Below are positions 28,402-46,099 of a stretch of 64,000 bases of DNA, in pieces. Within the stretch, counting starts at the first letter, position 1. Each line of letters begins with the position of its first letter. The position numbers and the translations under genes are program-made. The stretch lies in NCBI RefSeq assembly GCF_009914755.1, contig NC_060937.1; one strand, given 5' to 3'. The stretch comes from the human T2T-CHM13v2.0 reference genome, Homo sapiens. Under the pieces are notes generated by a model. It was not told where the DNA came from. It made no database searches and saw only the letters and a list, made by a program, of their open reading frames with translations.

Positions 28402-29577
28402 CTGAAATCAGAAGAGTATAAAAAGTTAACAGCTTAAATCACGTATATGTGGGTTTTTACTTCCATTCGCCTCCTGCTGGAACTTTAGCAAACTCCTTGG
28501 AAACTCAGATTCATGTTGAGGAGAAAAGGCAAGAAGTGATGTCTCCAGCTGTGCTTCCAGATTCAAAGGAGGTAACATCCAGTAGTGTGCTAGTAAATGG
28601 TTAACAAACTAGGACAAGAAAAAAGTCCTAGATTTGTAGTGTTTGCTGATTTCCATGATGTAAACATTGCCACCATGATCAGTTACAAGCTATGAACAGT
28701 GAGTTGGAAAAAAATGTGCACAATTGACTCTCATGAGCCAGTATGAATTGGCTTTGTGGTACACACCATTGCTATATCCCAAAGCCATATTGTGATGTTT
28801 GCAGCCGATCAGTTCATGTGGCAGATTCCTAAGAGGGTTCCCATGGGTTGCTTTTTAAGATCGAGATCATGTATTTGGTTGACCAAGATAACAGTTCAAG
28901 CCTAAAGAATGTAAGTTAATGTGCTGCTATGTATCCCTATGTGAGAGTTTTCTAAAATTGCTGACAGTGTAATTTAAACAGGACAATTGTATTTTAATAT
29001 TATTGTGGCTTTGAAATTCTATCTTCCCAGTATGCTGCTCCTTTTTATCAGTTTTTATCATTTGCTTCACTGAAGCCCCACCAGCACACTAGAAGCTCCC
29101 CGTACACATCACATGCCCTGCAAGTGCTTCTCTCCCACTTGGAGTGTCCCTCCCCTGACTTTGCCTAATAACTCCCACTTACTCTTCAAGACTCAAGTCA
29201 ATGATTGCCTCCTCCAGGAAGTCTGCTCTGATCCCCGGGTCTTTCTTCTGTGCTCTTATCTCACTTCATTCCTCCCTCAGAGAATTTGCTCTCCATGCTG
29301 TAACTATCTGCCTCCTGTCTCCCCAACTAGGCTCTATACTCCTTTAGGTAAGGGCTGAGTCTTTCTCATCTTTATCTTTACAGTGCCTAGCATGGAACCT
29401 AACATATAATGGGTGCTCAAAATAAGTAGAAATGAATGACTGAAATAAAAATACAACTCAGCATTACTTAAAATGCAGCATCTTAAACCGTCAGTAGAAA
29501 GTTCAGAGTGAACTCCCTTGGGTTTTACAGTGTTGTATCCATAATACATTAACTTAATAATACATTTCTATAAATTA

Positions 29578-31140
29578 CTATAAATATAAAAGGTACTGAT
29601 ATTAGGACAAGGAATAATAAGTGCATATCTCAAAAGCCCAAGCATAGCATAATCTTCTAAACTAGTGTGTTATGTATATGCATGCAATGTTGGAGATATG
29701 AATCCTAGGTGTATTGCTGAAACTCTTATCTAATGTGTATTTTTTATCACCTTGAGCTAAAACAGAAACCTCAAATACTGAATGAGAATAAATGTTCTGT
29801 ATTCCTCCCTGTCAGGTTGAGCACTGGGAAAAATCCATTCACCATGGGGGAGAGCGCCAGAGGCTTATTACAATTATGTAATGCTAGGCCTAGACTACCA
29901 TGGGGCAGACTGACATTCCTGCCCTATCACCCCACTGGATAATACCCACTTAGGTTTCAAGATCTAGCTCAAAGTCCACATCCTTTGAAGTCTTGCTTGA
30001 GCCCTTGCATAAAGCTGGCCATTCCCTTTTCATGTGCCCTATACAGACATCTACCATGAAACTCGCATACTTTATTGCTTTAATAGATAGGCCTGTTGCC
30101 CTCTGTTATGGTGTTTTCAAATTTTTCTTTCCATAGTAGGAAATGTTTTACATTGAGATCTTGTATACACAAATGCATGTATGTATATAGGATAACTGAA
30201 CCAAAAATTTAATGAAAAATACTTTTATTACATGGGATGTACTCTGATGTTTTCTATTCTATTCCTCAGGGAGAAGGACCATGTTCTATTTTTCCACTGA
30301 ACTTCCAGTACCTACCACAATACCTGCCTGGCACACAGTGGCACTCAATAAGTGCTGCTGGATGGCACTTTGAAAACAGTGACTATTAAAAGGTAAATAC
30401 AGACAAGGCCACTATAATATCTGAATGGTTGTATCTTGAGGTGACATGCCAAGGTGCCTTTCTAAATCTAATTAACTCTCAGTCCTGAAGAATAAAAAGA
30501 AATATGTGTATAGAACTTGACCTCCTGACAATACCTCTTGTATTTAGTTTCTGGCAGTCTCTGAAATCTCTCTATGACTTTTTATTAGATTAAGTTATGT
30601 CTCAAGTATCAAGGCTGACAGAAGCTGGGCACAATGAACAATGCAGGACATGCCACCTACCCCTTCATACCTAAACCGGTGTGTGTTTATATGTCAATAT
30701 GCTTCTTCTCAAATAAGTGAGATTAGCACTGATTAGAAACAAATGTAGACACAGCTGTCTGTGGGGTGGGGAGGGGATGGAGGAGAGAATATATAGAAAT
30801 ATGTGATTAAATTAGCGCATTATGGATACGACTCTGTAAAACCCAAGAGAGGTCACCCAGCAAATGAACTTTCTACTTACAGTTAGTTTAAGATGCTGCA
30901 TTTTAAATAATCCTGAGTTGTATTTTTATTTCAGCCATTCAATTCATTTTCAGCATCCATTATATGTTAGGTAATATGCCATATACTTCTATAAATATAA
31001 AAGGTACTGATATTAGGACAGGGAATAATGAACATACGTCTCAAAAGCCTAACCACAACACAATCTTCTAAACTACTGTGTGTGTGTGTGTGTGCACGCA
31101 CACACACATGCAATGTTGGAGGTATGGGTTGTAGGTGTAT
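29578..31140 (+). repeat. Diverged ~140-150 bp direct duplication (29578-29714 and 30989-31140)
   Basis: The first 32 bp are identical (ctataaatataaaaggtactgatattaggaca). The copies also share tctcaaaagcc, aatcttctaaacta, catgcaatgttggag and taggtgtat. Confidence 0.9.
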
Positions 31141-34100
31141 ACACAAATACAAACCTATATACACACATAAAAACACATATGTACATACATACACACAAAC
31201 ATATCAAGGAAGGAGCTAGCCATTTGGTAAGCCACCTCGAGCAGACTGATCTTTGCAGAGTGATCAGAATTAGCTTCAGTTATAGGCCTACCACTGGTGC
31301 GATCATGTTGCACCCAAAACACACCACATGCTGTTTTAATTATGAAGAAATCTGGAAACCATATTCCAGATTGTGTCGGTTTTCAGAAAGATCACCTACA
31401 AGGCAATCAAAGCTGATAAATTTTGAAAGATGATGACTGAAGCAAGGGATGTAGAAAGAAAAGAAATTTTAGCCTCTGGATCAAATGAGGTACCCATTGC
31501 TAATACTCTCAGGCCCACAAAACTAGCTGGAAACATATCTTTCTGCTTCTTTAACCCTGATCAAAACTGCAGGGCACAGCTGCTTCACATCCTAGTAATC
31601 TTTGTGGACTAACTGCATTTTGTTGGCACAGTATATTTTTAAAGGTTATATTTATTGTTACGTAAGAGTCTGGGAATTTTAGTTCTCATTTTACTTTTTC
31701 TTATAGGTCACACTTAAATACTATAATTTTGAATCAATTATAAGGAAAACAAACATAAGCTTAGATCCACTGTGTGAGGCTGATTAGTTTTGCAAATGGT
31801 AGTGGATGCAATCTCCACAGCTGGTGCCTACCCTAGACGCTTTTCTAAGTGTGTACATGTACCTCATTGTCTATTTCATTTGCTTTTCACTGGTATAATG
31901 TTTCTGTTCTATTTTATTCATGTTTTATGCTTGTCTCTCTCTGTTAGTCTGCCTGAGTTAATACATTCTTGATATGTAAGGGCTGGTATCTAGCTTAAAA
32001 CCAGATACAAACAGATGCTATCAAAATGCTGTGTTGATGATGTCAGGAACCCACTTAGCAGCATTAGGCTCTCCAAGGCACTACACAAACTTTCTGGCTC
32101 ACAGCTAGGACTGCCTAGTTTCAGCCAGTCTCTGAATTAAGTACTAAAGGATGATTCCATTACTTGTATGCACGTGTGTGTCATTCATTCCACAAATACA
32201 TATGAAGGTTTGCTACATACCAGGTTCTTGGTGTAGGTCCTGGGGTTATACTAGAGCACAAAACAGATGGATGCCTGCCCCCCAGGAACTTACAGTCAGA
32301 GGAGAGACAACCAATTATTCACACAAATCACATAACGGGAAAGAGTGATAAGAGTTGTGGAGAAAAGGTACAGGATGCCATAAAAGCATCAATGGTGGGA
32401 ACCGACCTCATTCTGCATATGCCTAAGTGGCAAAACCGTTTTAAAACCTATTATTTGATGATAGCGAGGAATTATTACTTTTTAAAGACTTAATAATAGT
32501 ATTGTGAGTTTGTATTTTTTTGTTTTTATATTATGCAGATACACTTGGAAATATTGACAATGAAATGATAGAAGTCTTGGATTAGCTTCAAAACAAGCCA
32601 GCAGAGAAGACTAGGAGTAGAGCCAGAGTTTTCCTCTTGAAGTTGGGGGGTCGGGTCCATTGCATTCATTATATGTTCCTCTCAACTTTTATGTTTGAAA
32701 AGTTCCTAGTAAAAGGTTGAAAAATTTTCAGCAGCATTAAATGAAATATTCACCAAATGGGATGAAAGTCCCATTTCTACATGAAAGTAGAAAGCAACAT
32801 CTTTCTCTTGGTGTTTTGCTGTGCCCCATCTTTCTCAGGATCTCCATGTGTTTCTATTTCTTTCTCTCCTTTCTCACACGCTTGGCCAACTCCTCTGTCT
32901 TTCAACCACCTTACGGTATTCTCTTTTACTTCAACTGAGACTCTTCTCTGCAGCATTTACTAGAGGTGTACATTTTCCTCATCCCTTCCCCATGTCCTCT
33001 CTTTCCTCTCTTACATCCGCTAAATTCATTTGCGTTAAGGGCACAGATGCCCCTTACTTCTTCCCCTGTAGGGCAATTGTCCTGAAGAGAACCACACTCC
33101 TTACTCCTATTATGGCAACAGGAGAAGGGCGTACATACTTGTGGCCAGGCACTGTTACCTTTCTGCCTCCCTGTGAACTATGTGTGTGCCAGAACACTCT
33201 TATCTACCTGTCCACTTGGGCAAAAAATTAGACTGAACAATTACTTGGCAGGTTTTAAGGGTGGCAACAACAGAACTCATTAATTGCGGAGGGGAGAATG
33301 ACACATTTCCAATTGTTTAGTTCTTTTTCTAAATGGGTACTTTATAATTCATAAGAAATGCAGAGAACTTTCATTCTAACAAGACTGTTCACTACACTAT
33401 TCTCTACCCTTTTTTGAGAGGCATAAACACTTTCATTCCTAACATAGTTACCTGTTCTCATAACCTCCCTGGGAGAAAGGGAGAGTGAATTTTATTTCCA
33501 GAAGAGCAAATTCAGGCACAAAGAGGACAGATAAACTGTCAACAGTCACCAGGGAAGCCAGCAGAAGGGCTGAGAGCAACACTCTTGCCTCTAGCATCAA
33601 GTGTGTTATTTACCTGCTGAACCCTCGAGGGTCTGAGCTGGCAGGCTTTCCTGAGGGTGTGGCGGCAGGGCCTGCATTCTTGTCTCTATTGTCCTGTACT
33701 GTTTACTTGCAGGATGTGGAAGCACAGCATGTAATGTAATACCAGATGTTCTACGTGGGAGGAATTTCATAACTCATACATTTTAGCATGCTTTTTTCTA
33801 ACTGCGCCCATCTCCTTTCATGCAGCACAAAAATGTAAATCTGTTTCCCAAACTACTACCAGGTCCTGGAATCTAAAAGGAAATACTGGTGGTTCTTTGG
33901 TATTTTTCACTTTTAGTTGAAGCACACATGTGGATGTCTAGGGTAACATCATGTGGATTCTTCTTATTTTTTAAATGGCTCCTATTGTAGTGGCCCAGAA
34001 CAGCTGGGGAATGTCCGAGGGCCACAGGCTCACTGGCCTAGATTAAGGCCTCTACTCACTGATGAGGCCTCCCTATCCAAACTCACTGTCCCTCCTCCCG

Positions 34101-34700
34101 AGCTGGTACCCATTATCCTGAGTGGGCTAGCTGCCTCTCTCTTCCATAGACACTATGCTCATCCTGCCCTGGTGCCTCTGCTCATTTAGTTTTCCCTTTC
34201 TGAAATATCCTAGCTCTTCTCTTCCCATCTCTAAATCCTAGCTGAGCTCTGGCCCCACCTCACATCAGCCCACTAAACTTGCCTTTCTCTGCACTGCTGG
34301 AGGGGACAGCCTCCGCACCCTATGACTTTAGCACTTAACTCTGTGCATGTGTGTATGTATGTTCCCTTGTCCTGTCTCCGCACTAATCTGCAAGATTTCT
34401 GAGGGCAGGAAGGGACCATTGTGTAGACTTACCTGAATTCCCTATGTTGCCTAGGAACAGATAGACATGGATGGGGCGATTTGAGCTTTAGATTTTAAGG
34501 AGCCTGAGTAGAAAGAACAGGTGATTTTGTTTATTTGGCTGTTTCCGTTAGGGACGGGGATGGCTGTGGATTTCAGTTTGAGGTCCGAGTTGCTGCATGA
34601 GGTGGAGGTGGAAACACACACAAATCTAGGTTTCCCCACAGTCCATCATGACATTTCACCATAGCAGTAGTGCTGGTCTAAATGTGATGGGAGCACTGAC

Positions 34701-34857
34701 CTCTGCTGGAATGCTCTCTGGCCCATCTCTCTAGCAGCTCTCTTGACCTCTTCGGGAACTGCATCTTTCTCAGCCTGAGAGACCTGGTACACCGTATGGC
34801 CTGCATCCAGCCGGTAAGGGCCTCCTTTGCCACCCAGGCCTGCCGTGTCTCTTCCCC
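34701..34857 (-). CDS. VWA8: VWA8 internal coding exon (157 bp, phase 1 to 2): GRDTAGLGGKGGPYRLDAGHTVYQVSQAEKDAVPEEVKRAAREMGQRAFQQ(R)
   Basis: Acceptor ttttccttccag|, donor AG|gtcagt. Lies within ORF 34646..34924(-). Phases match both neighbouring exons. Confidence 0.96.
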
Positions 34858-37800
34858 CTGGAAGGAAAACGTGGAAATTCAGATGATAAATCTGAACTTG
34901 ACCACAGAACAAAAGTTGGGTCATGGTTTTAGGACAGCCTTGTGGAGGATATTAATTGTACTTAACTAGTAATTAAACAGTCAAATTACCTTCTGGAAAA
35001 AGATGTATTCTCTTGTTTAGGATGCTTTTCCTTTTTCCCATCCATTAAAATACTACCTATATATCAAGGCTTACTCCAGCTTCTATGACACCTTAGCTAA
35101 TGCTGCTACCTCATAAGGATCCATACTCTTGTGTACTATTTGTTATCCTTTCATATTTATTTTTCTCACCAACTATATGATGGATGAGATATTTTATTTA
35201 CTTTTGCACTACCGCACCTATAAGAGTGGTTTGAATATCATAGATACTTAGTATATATTTGCTAATTAAATGAACAACTGTTTCCCTCCCTCACATATTA
35301 CCTTAGTTTTCCTTAAAAAACCTAGACAGTTAAGCTATAAATACTGTTTTTTTCTGTTCTGCAAATTATAAAAATAATGCACAGAGAGGCTAAATGACAT
35401 ATTCAGGACCTCGTATCACTGGCTTAGCCAAGATTAGAAGCCAATTATTACACCAACTTTGACTTCTGGTTTGAACAATATATAACATAAACACCATCAG
35501 CTTTAGAACAGTCTTTCAATAGAAACTCAAGTTTACATAATACATATTACATATACATATTACGTTTTATAACATAACATTGTATGAACTGTTCATATTG
35601 TAAATGCCTGTAAGGCCAGGTAGGTCATATGATAAAAAGTGGTGGGGACATTGGCTAACTTAGGATTTACCTTGTCTAAATACATGAAAATTGAAATTAT
35701 TTTAAAACACTACATGGACCAGAGAAAAAAACACATCTGTTGGCTAGATTTGGCCTTTGGGCTATAAGATTGTTACCCCTATTTAGGGGTAGATTAGAAT
35801 ACTAGTAACCTGTTTCTTTTGTTCATTCACGTATAACTTGAGAACTTAGAAGGGAATCCAATATTGGAGGGGCAGTATAGTATAATACACTGCTATTGTA
35901 GAGTATATTATGATATAGTTAAACCAGACTGCCTGGGTTTGAATCCTGGCTCCAACCCACCAGCCATTTATCTTTGGGGAACTACTTAACTTCTCTGTGT
36001 CTCAGGCTCCTCTTTATAAAGTGGGGATACTAATATTATTTACTTCATGGGATTGTCATGAAGCTAAAATGCTTAGAGCAGTATCTGGCACATAATAAAA
36101 GCCATATAATGGACTGCTTTTACTATTATTATTAAACAAAGCCTAGTTACACAGAATTAGGCAATTTCTAGTTTTATAAAGTGGAAAATTTGAAGGCTTT
36201 TAGACTTTGGGTAAATTATGTTACATTTTTCTTTCACCATCACCACCCCCACCTCCACCTTACCACTGAGCTTTAACTGGTCTAACAAAACTAAAACCAA
36301 GAACTCAATATGAACTGCTTTCCTTATGAAAGTCCAGGTAGGTCATTTCCTTTTGGGAAATACCATGAGAACTGCCTATTAATTACACTACTTTAATCTT
36401 TTGATTGGAACATATTTCACTTTTATTTAGAAATGGGTGGTGGAAAATTCCTTCTGGGATGTGTGTGACTCCCATTTCTTACTCATGGCCAGCCAATAGG
36501 CAGAGGGGTACAGTAACTGGACAGTGACAATGAGCTATAGGAGGAAAAGGTGTTTCTGGGATCTAACTCCTTTCCTACAGGAGGGTATCCTGAGTATGGG
36601 TGGATCATGAATTTGAGCTGAAAGCTTCCTAGGTGCTGAGATGTTATCATTCTGGTGAAAGGGAGAAAGTGGTGGAACCATCAGAAGCTGGTGTGAGTGA
36701 CTGGCCACCTGAGTCGCAGGGCCCCAGGCAAAGTCACACTGGGGTGGAGCAGGAGGTGCTCTTCATGATCTCCACTTCCCAGAGCCTTTAATTTGTACTA
36801 TTTAAATGAAAGTGCTTACCAGAGGTTCTAAGACTGCAGGGCATAAGCCTGGACATTCCAAACCACTTCAGAAGATAATGGGGAGGGTGGGCAAGGGAGG
36901 AGCATTGATGAAGAAAGGGGAATCAAATGACTTGTTGGGCCAGAGCTCAGTTCAAAGTAAAGAATTCTGAGGGAAAAGAATGGCAGAGAGAAAAAGAGAA
37001 ATTGAAGCCAAGGAGCCTTGATCAATTGAAAACTAAAAGCCAGGTGAAACAAATGTAGCCTCAATCTGGACAGATACGTGAGCTAGTAAATTCAAGTTTG
37101 GTAACAAATAGGAATTTCTCCCCCAGAGTAGTCCACTGCTGGGAAACCACATCTGGCCAGCTCGTCCCACAATGCATTCCATATGGATTAAATCTTGTTG
37201 GCTTGACGCTAACTTCCAGATCAAAGGACATTTCTAAAAATAGCCTTACTTTAAAGCTGATGCTTGATGAATAAACAGAGTAGGCAAGAAGTCCACAGGC
37301 CTATTTGATAGCACATTGTCTAAGCAGAGAAACCCATTTCCTCCCGAGGCTGTCAAGGCCAAGAGGCACAGACCATCCTAAGGAAGGTGAAGTACAGAGC
37401 TCCTGCCAGCACTCCTCATGGTGAGATAAGCTCAGACAGTGCGCACACAGTCTGGCCCTATTCCTGTGGACTCGCAGATGTGTCTGCTCCAGCTGCCGCA
37501 GAGGAAAAAGGAAGACGGCAGTCCTGGGAACAATGCCCTAGTTGGGCAGCCAAGAGGAAGGAGTCGGCCATCGGTTTAGACTGCAACCAGCCTTATCTCG
37601 AAATCTTGCATCCTCAACGTACTTCGAAGATGTGGAAGACAAGGACCATTTCTTTTCAGTCAGTTGCTGAAGAAAGAATTTACTGTGGATTTCTGGCATG
37701 ATCCCAAGGTCATGGAATTTAAAAGAAGGGATTAACACTTTAGTGAAAATATTCTTCATGCCAGGCACTGTGCTCAGTGCTTAACAATCGTAATCTCATT

Positions 37801-38100
37801 TAATCCTCACCACAATTTAAGGTAGTTCACACTATCCCCCTTTGACTGATGAAGCAACTCCAGGAGGGTCAGCATGTTCTTAGGTCACAGGGTGGCAGAG
37901 CCTGTGGGACTCCAAATGCCAGGCTCTTCACATGCCTTGATGTCACGCTGGGGCAGAGGGCAAGACAACAATCCAACTGAGTAATGAGGGAGGCTGAGAA
38001 GGAAAGCCCGTCTCTGAGTCTTCTCAGGGGCGATGTGCTGGCCTAATGGGCTTGGGAAACCTGGGGAAGGCTGACTCAGGAGAATGCCTGTGCTACCAAC

Positions 38101-38209
38101 CTGTTCCGCCAGCCCAAGTGTTGCCGCCCACGTGAGGCATGTTGTCTGGGTCCTCCTTCCCGTGTTTGGGGGAGCTTACATCTTCACCACTGTCTCTGTT
38201 GATTGTTAT
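38101..38209 (-). CDS. VWA8: VWA8 internal coding exon (109 bp, phase 0 to 1): ITINRDSGEDVSSPKHGKEDPDNMPHVGGNTWAGGT(G)
   Basis: On the minus strand the acceptor is ttcatttttag| and the donor is |gttggt. The frame is open and joins the next exon in phase (G+GG=Gly). The HVGGNTWAGGTGG motif is recognised from VWA8. Not in the ORF track. Confidence 0.95.
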
Positions 38210-39744
38210 CTAAAAATGAACAATTGAGACATTTTTACTATCCTGTGACAAACACCAGGGACTGCATGACAGAAAAAAAAATTATTTTCTCCTAAGTCCT
38301 TAAGGTATCACATAACCTCAGGCCACTGGACTTGATAAATGCTGTGAGTATTTGGCAAAAATTCCATCAGATGGATTCCAACATCCATCTAGTTGGGAAG
38401 AAGAACTAATTTTTTAAAAAACTCTTAAAGAAAAGTAAAGGAGCTGGACTGCATTATAGCTACAGAATTTTTCTGGTGCAAACCAAGCTGTGAGCATTTA
38501 CACATGGCATGAGACTTACCAGATGCAGGGAAAATGGATCTCACTGGAGAGGGGTATTTTGCCAGTGGTTTAAAAGGATCACCACCTAGCTGATCCAGCT
38601 GAGTCATTATATACACACTTACCCATTCTGTTTTCAAAGAAATCCCATTACTCTGAGAGATGCCATTTTACATATAATATATGGAAAAGAAAAACAAAAA
38701 GTTATGTATGTATGCCTTAGTGATAGATTTATGTTATATACTAAAAACTGCTTATTTATTTTTTTGACCCACTTCAATTTTTATTATGGTATTTTGTAGC
38801 TTTCCTAATTCATCTTTATTGTAAAACTAGATTTATGATTCCTGCAATTCAAATAGAATAAGAAGTACTTTAGCCTTCCTCTGTGAGAGCCTGAAGTTCA
38901 TTGCTTCCTATTTCATTCAGTACAGTGTCACCAAAAGGAGTGACAACCACACAGAAATTTCAATCCTAGTAGTCAGTTCAGTAGATACTACTCCACAATA
39001 AATCAAAGCATTCACATTTTATGCACACCATGAGCCTGCTCTCAGATGCAATGATTTCCCAGAAGACAAGATCAAATTCTCATTCATTTGTTCAAATAAG
39101 ACTTAAAGAAAATGTACTGATGGAACATTCTGTGAGGTACCATGGGGCCTACAAAGCCATTGACGATTGGTTCCTGCCCTCAAACTGCTTACAGTGGAAC
39201 AAGAGAGCTTACAAATAAATGGGCCTGAAGTCAGTCTTTAGAGTTAACCATTCCATGTTGGTATATGGGATTTTCATTCTTGATGTTGGGATTAATGCAG
39301 TTAGGTAGGTAATTTGAGGTCTTTGCAAATAAAATGGCCATTCAGAATAAAATCAAGACAACTTCTACTGTCTTACGTCCAAGTTGGTTCATTTCAAGTG
39401 TTATGACATCGTAGGGATTTTAATTAGCTGGACTTTTCTGCAAATAGCTTCGGCAGGATCAACAAAGTTTTTGCCAAAACTTCAGCATACTCCAAGAAAA
39501 TTTAGCAGCCAGACATGACAATTGATATAAATTCCACACACATAATCATGCTCTAAAAATGGGTGAAAATAATTTTTCCTCCTGTTTTCTTAAACAAGCA
39601 AGATAGCTAGGAACATTTAGAGAAAAAAAAAACATTTAAAATACTTTCCCAAAAACTTGCCACCATTTTTCAACTCGTTTATAAATAATGTAAGAGATAA
39701 GCAGTAAATTAAAATACATATACTGGCTACAAGAATTCCAGAAG

Positions 39745-39956
39745 AGCACTAATCAATAAAATTTTCTGTGTTGATGAAAATGTTTATATTTGAGGTGACC
39801 AATATGGTAGTCACTAGCCATTAGCTCAATATGGCTGTGAGCATGTGAAATATGGCTTGTGCGACTGAGGACCTGAATTTTAAATTTTATTTAGCTAACT
39901 AAAATTTAAATTTAAATAGCCATGTGTGCCACTGGCCATCTCATCAGACAGCGCAG
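39745..39956. mobile_element. MER3-like hAT-Charlie DNA transposon remnant
   Basis: ccaatatggtagtcactagcca ... tgtgcgactgagga.ctgaattttaaattttatt ... aaatttaaatagcca, as recalled for MER3. Confidence 0.65.
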
Positions 39957-40106
39957 CTCAGGCACAAGCTTGCCTCAGACCTGGAGATCCTGTTTAGAGA
40001 TCTTTGCAGCACCCTCTAGATGTACTCCATGAGAAATGAGAAGGACAAAGAACATTTCAAAACTGGTACAGTTTTATTCTGTTGCTAATTTAATAAATCT
40101 ATATGA

Positions 40107-40170
40107 GTCTGGGCGCAGTGGCTCACACCTGCAATCCCAGCACTGCGAAAAACAAAACAAAACAAAAAAA
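40107..40170 (+). mobile_element. Mini-Alu: first ~38 nt of Alu joined directly to an A-rich tail, with TSD
   Basis: gtctgggcgcagtggctcacacctgcaatcccagcact + gcg + (A/C) tail. ctatatga occurs at 40099-40106 and 40171-40178. Confidence 0.8.
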
Positions 40171-40198
40171 CTATATGAAAGGTATGATTACAGTCTAA

Positions 40199-43768
<3,570 letters not shown>

Positions 43769-44174
43769 AAAGACACAATTTTTACAATAGTCCTGCCACA
43801 GCCCCAAGGACTTCTGGGCTGCTTTCAGAAGCATCTTCAGAATCTATGGCTGGTTTTTAATATCTTTCATGGTGACATTTATGTATTCTTTAAAAACAGA
43901 TTTGATTTTTAATAAATAGTCAAATGACACTTAGAGTTGAATTCTGGTGGAAGCTATTTGCTAACTTGCTGGTAAACTTTGGCAAGTCAAGTAAGTTCTC
44001 CGGACCTTCATTTTCACATCAGAAACTAAGGAGGTTAAACTGAATTATTTCTACCATTACACCCAGCTTTGATGTGCTGTGACTGATTCAATGATTTCAA
44101 ATCTGGTAAATAAGGTGATCAAAGTAGGGTTTTCATTAAAACCAGGTACAATTATATAATAATGAGACAACTGA

Positions 44175-44538
44175 CAGCTTCTCATTTACAATGGTTTGAC
44201 ATAACTTTTCAACTTTACAATGGGATGAAAGCAATACACACATTCAATAGAAATCATACTTCAATTACCCATACAACTATTTTGCTTTTCACTTTTAGTA
44301 TAATATTTAATAAGTTATATGAGATATTCAACACTTTATTATAAAATAGGCTTCATGTTATATGATTTTGTTCAACTGTGGGCTAATGTAAGTGCTCTGA
44401 GCATGTTTAAGATAGGCTAGGCTAAGCAATGAAGTTTGGTAGATCTGGTGTATTAAACACATTTTCAGCTTACCATATTTCTAACTTACGATGGGTTTAT
44501 TGGGATGTAAGCCCGTTGTAAGTCAAGGAGCATTTGTA
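44175..44538 (-). mobile_element. MER47A-like (Tigger) DNA transposon
   Basis: Ends aacttacgatgggtttattgggatgtaagcccgttgtaagtcaaggagcatttgta, the reverse of the recalled MER47A start. Confidence 0.7.
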
Positions 44539-46099
44539 GTTTGCTTATATGCGTTAAGACTCTTCTGTAGGCCAATTCTAAAAGAGAAGTTCCAAAAATA
44601 GTCTAAACAATTGGAAGAACCATTCTGAACACCATTCCTCACTTTGTGGGGCATGTGTGTGTATTCTGGTACACTATTTAAAAATAAATTTTAAAAAACC
44701 AGAAGAGGTATGAAAGGCAAATTCCTATGTGTCTACTAACTTTACTTTCATCAAATATTATCTCCCTAAGACATTTCACACAATCCAGTTATTCTGCTGT
44801 AAGAGAACAGTCTTTTAAGAATAAGTACTACAAATGAAGGCACAAAGTAAAAGAAAAGGCCCCTCAAATAGCCTCCCTCAGTTACCTTCAAAATTACGCT
44901 GTTGAAGTTGCAAAGAAACCTATAATGGCCATGAGGGAGGCAGAAGACAGGTGACAAAATTTCTGGGCAGAAAGGAATTGGCATGTTCTTTGCCACCTGT
45001 GTGTCTTGCCAGGCCGTCTGCTGGGAAATCGGGCTGTTCACATTGCCAACACAAGGCAGTTTCACACCAACCCCAAATAGGAGCCCAGAGATGTTTCAAA
45101 ATCGACAAATTCTTGACAAAAACATCAGCCAAAACCTGTTATGTTCCAGGGACAATTCCAGGGATGTTTAATTAGAAGGAAGGCACTTAGCTTATCTAAT
45201 TTTGTGTCATTTTATGAATGCCACTCACTCACTCACAGGAATATAGTTCTTTAGGTGGATGGGAGGAGTACATATGTCAAGAAGTTTTCAAAGCCATTTT
45301 AGGACACCTCTTACATCAATTGACAATGATTCATAAAAGATGCAAGTCAGGAATTCTAGGACAGTCCAACCCAGGACAGAAAGAAACTGGAACATACTCA
45401 GGGAGGCTTATCATTTGAGGAATTTTGTTTCCTGGGACAGCCATGTGGTAGACAGCCAGTAGCCATTCAGAAAGTTGATAAGCTGCTGTTTGCTTTCATG
45501 TGCGTGTTGAAAAGCATTTGGAATGTACTTCCTTTGAGAGCTGGTTTCATCTAGAAAAAGCTCAAGTAAGTAATTCCAATTACTGACATAAACACTACTG
45601 AATTCACTTAAAGGGATCAAAAATTTCCCCAAAAAAGAAAATATTATGGCCCCTTATAACTTTTGATGCAACCCGATGCTGAGCCCCTTGATGTATTTCT
45701 CACAGCTGACACAATCTGCTTTCTTTTAGGTAAGTGTGCTATAATCGTAAGAATCATTATCCCCTTACATGTGAATTAAAATGGAAAAAACATGGATCTT
45801 GTAAATTACAACTCATAAAAATGTTCCAGAGTAAAGCCAGCACAGGGAAGGGACATGACTCACTGAAGCCCTGTAATTCTGGGCAAGGCCCATATATTTT
45901 AGGCTCCTCCTTGAGTTCATGACTTTTAAAAGCCATCAATAAAATGATATAAATAGCCAGATTATAATCCTGGAAGAAAAGTGAGCTTTTGGAGGTATGA
46001 CTGGACAACACAGCTGGAGACTAGTGTGGCAAAGCAGACATTTCTCATGTGAGCCTACCTCACGTTCATTTCCTCTTTTTTCCTTTTAAACAGAAGTCG

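Noticed and set aside
45706-45735. Recursive-splice-like motif ctgac...ctttcttttag|gtaagt
   Set aside because: It is on the + strand, antisense to VWA8, and I see no evidence of a + strand transcript.
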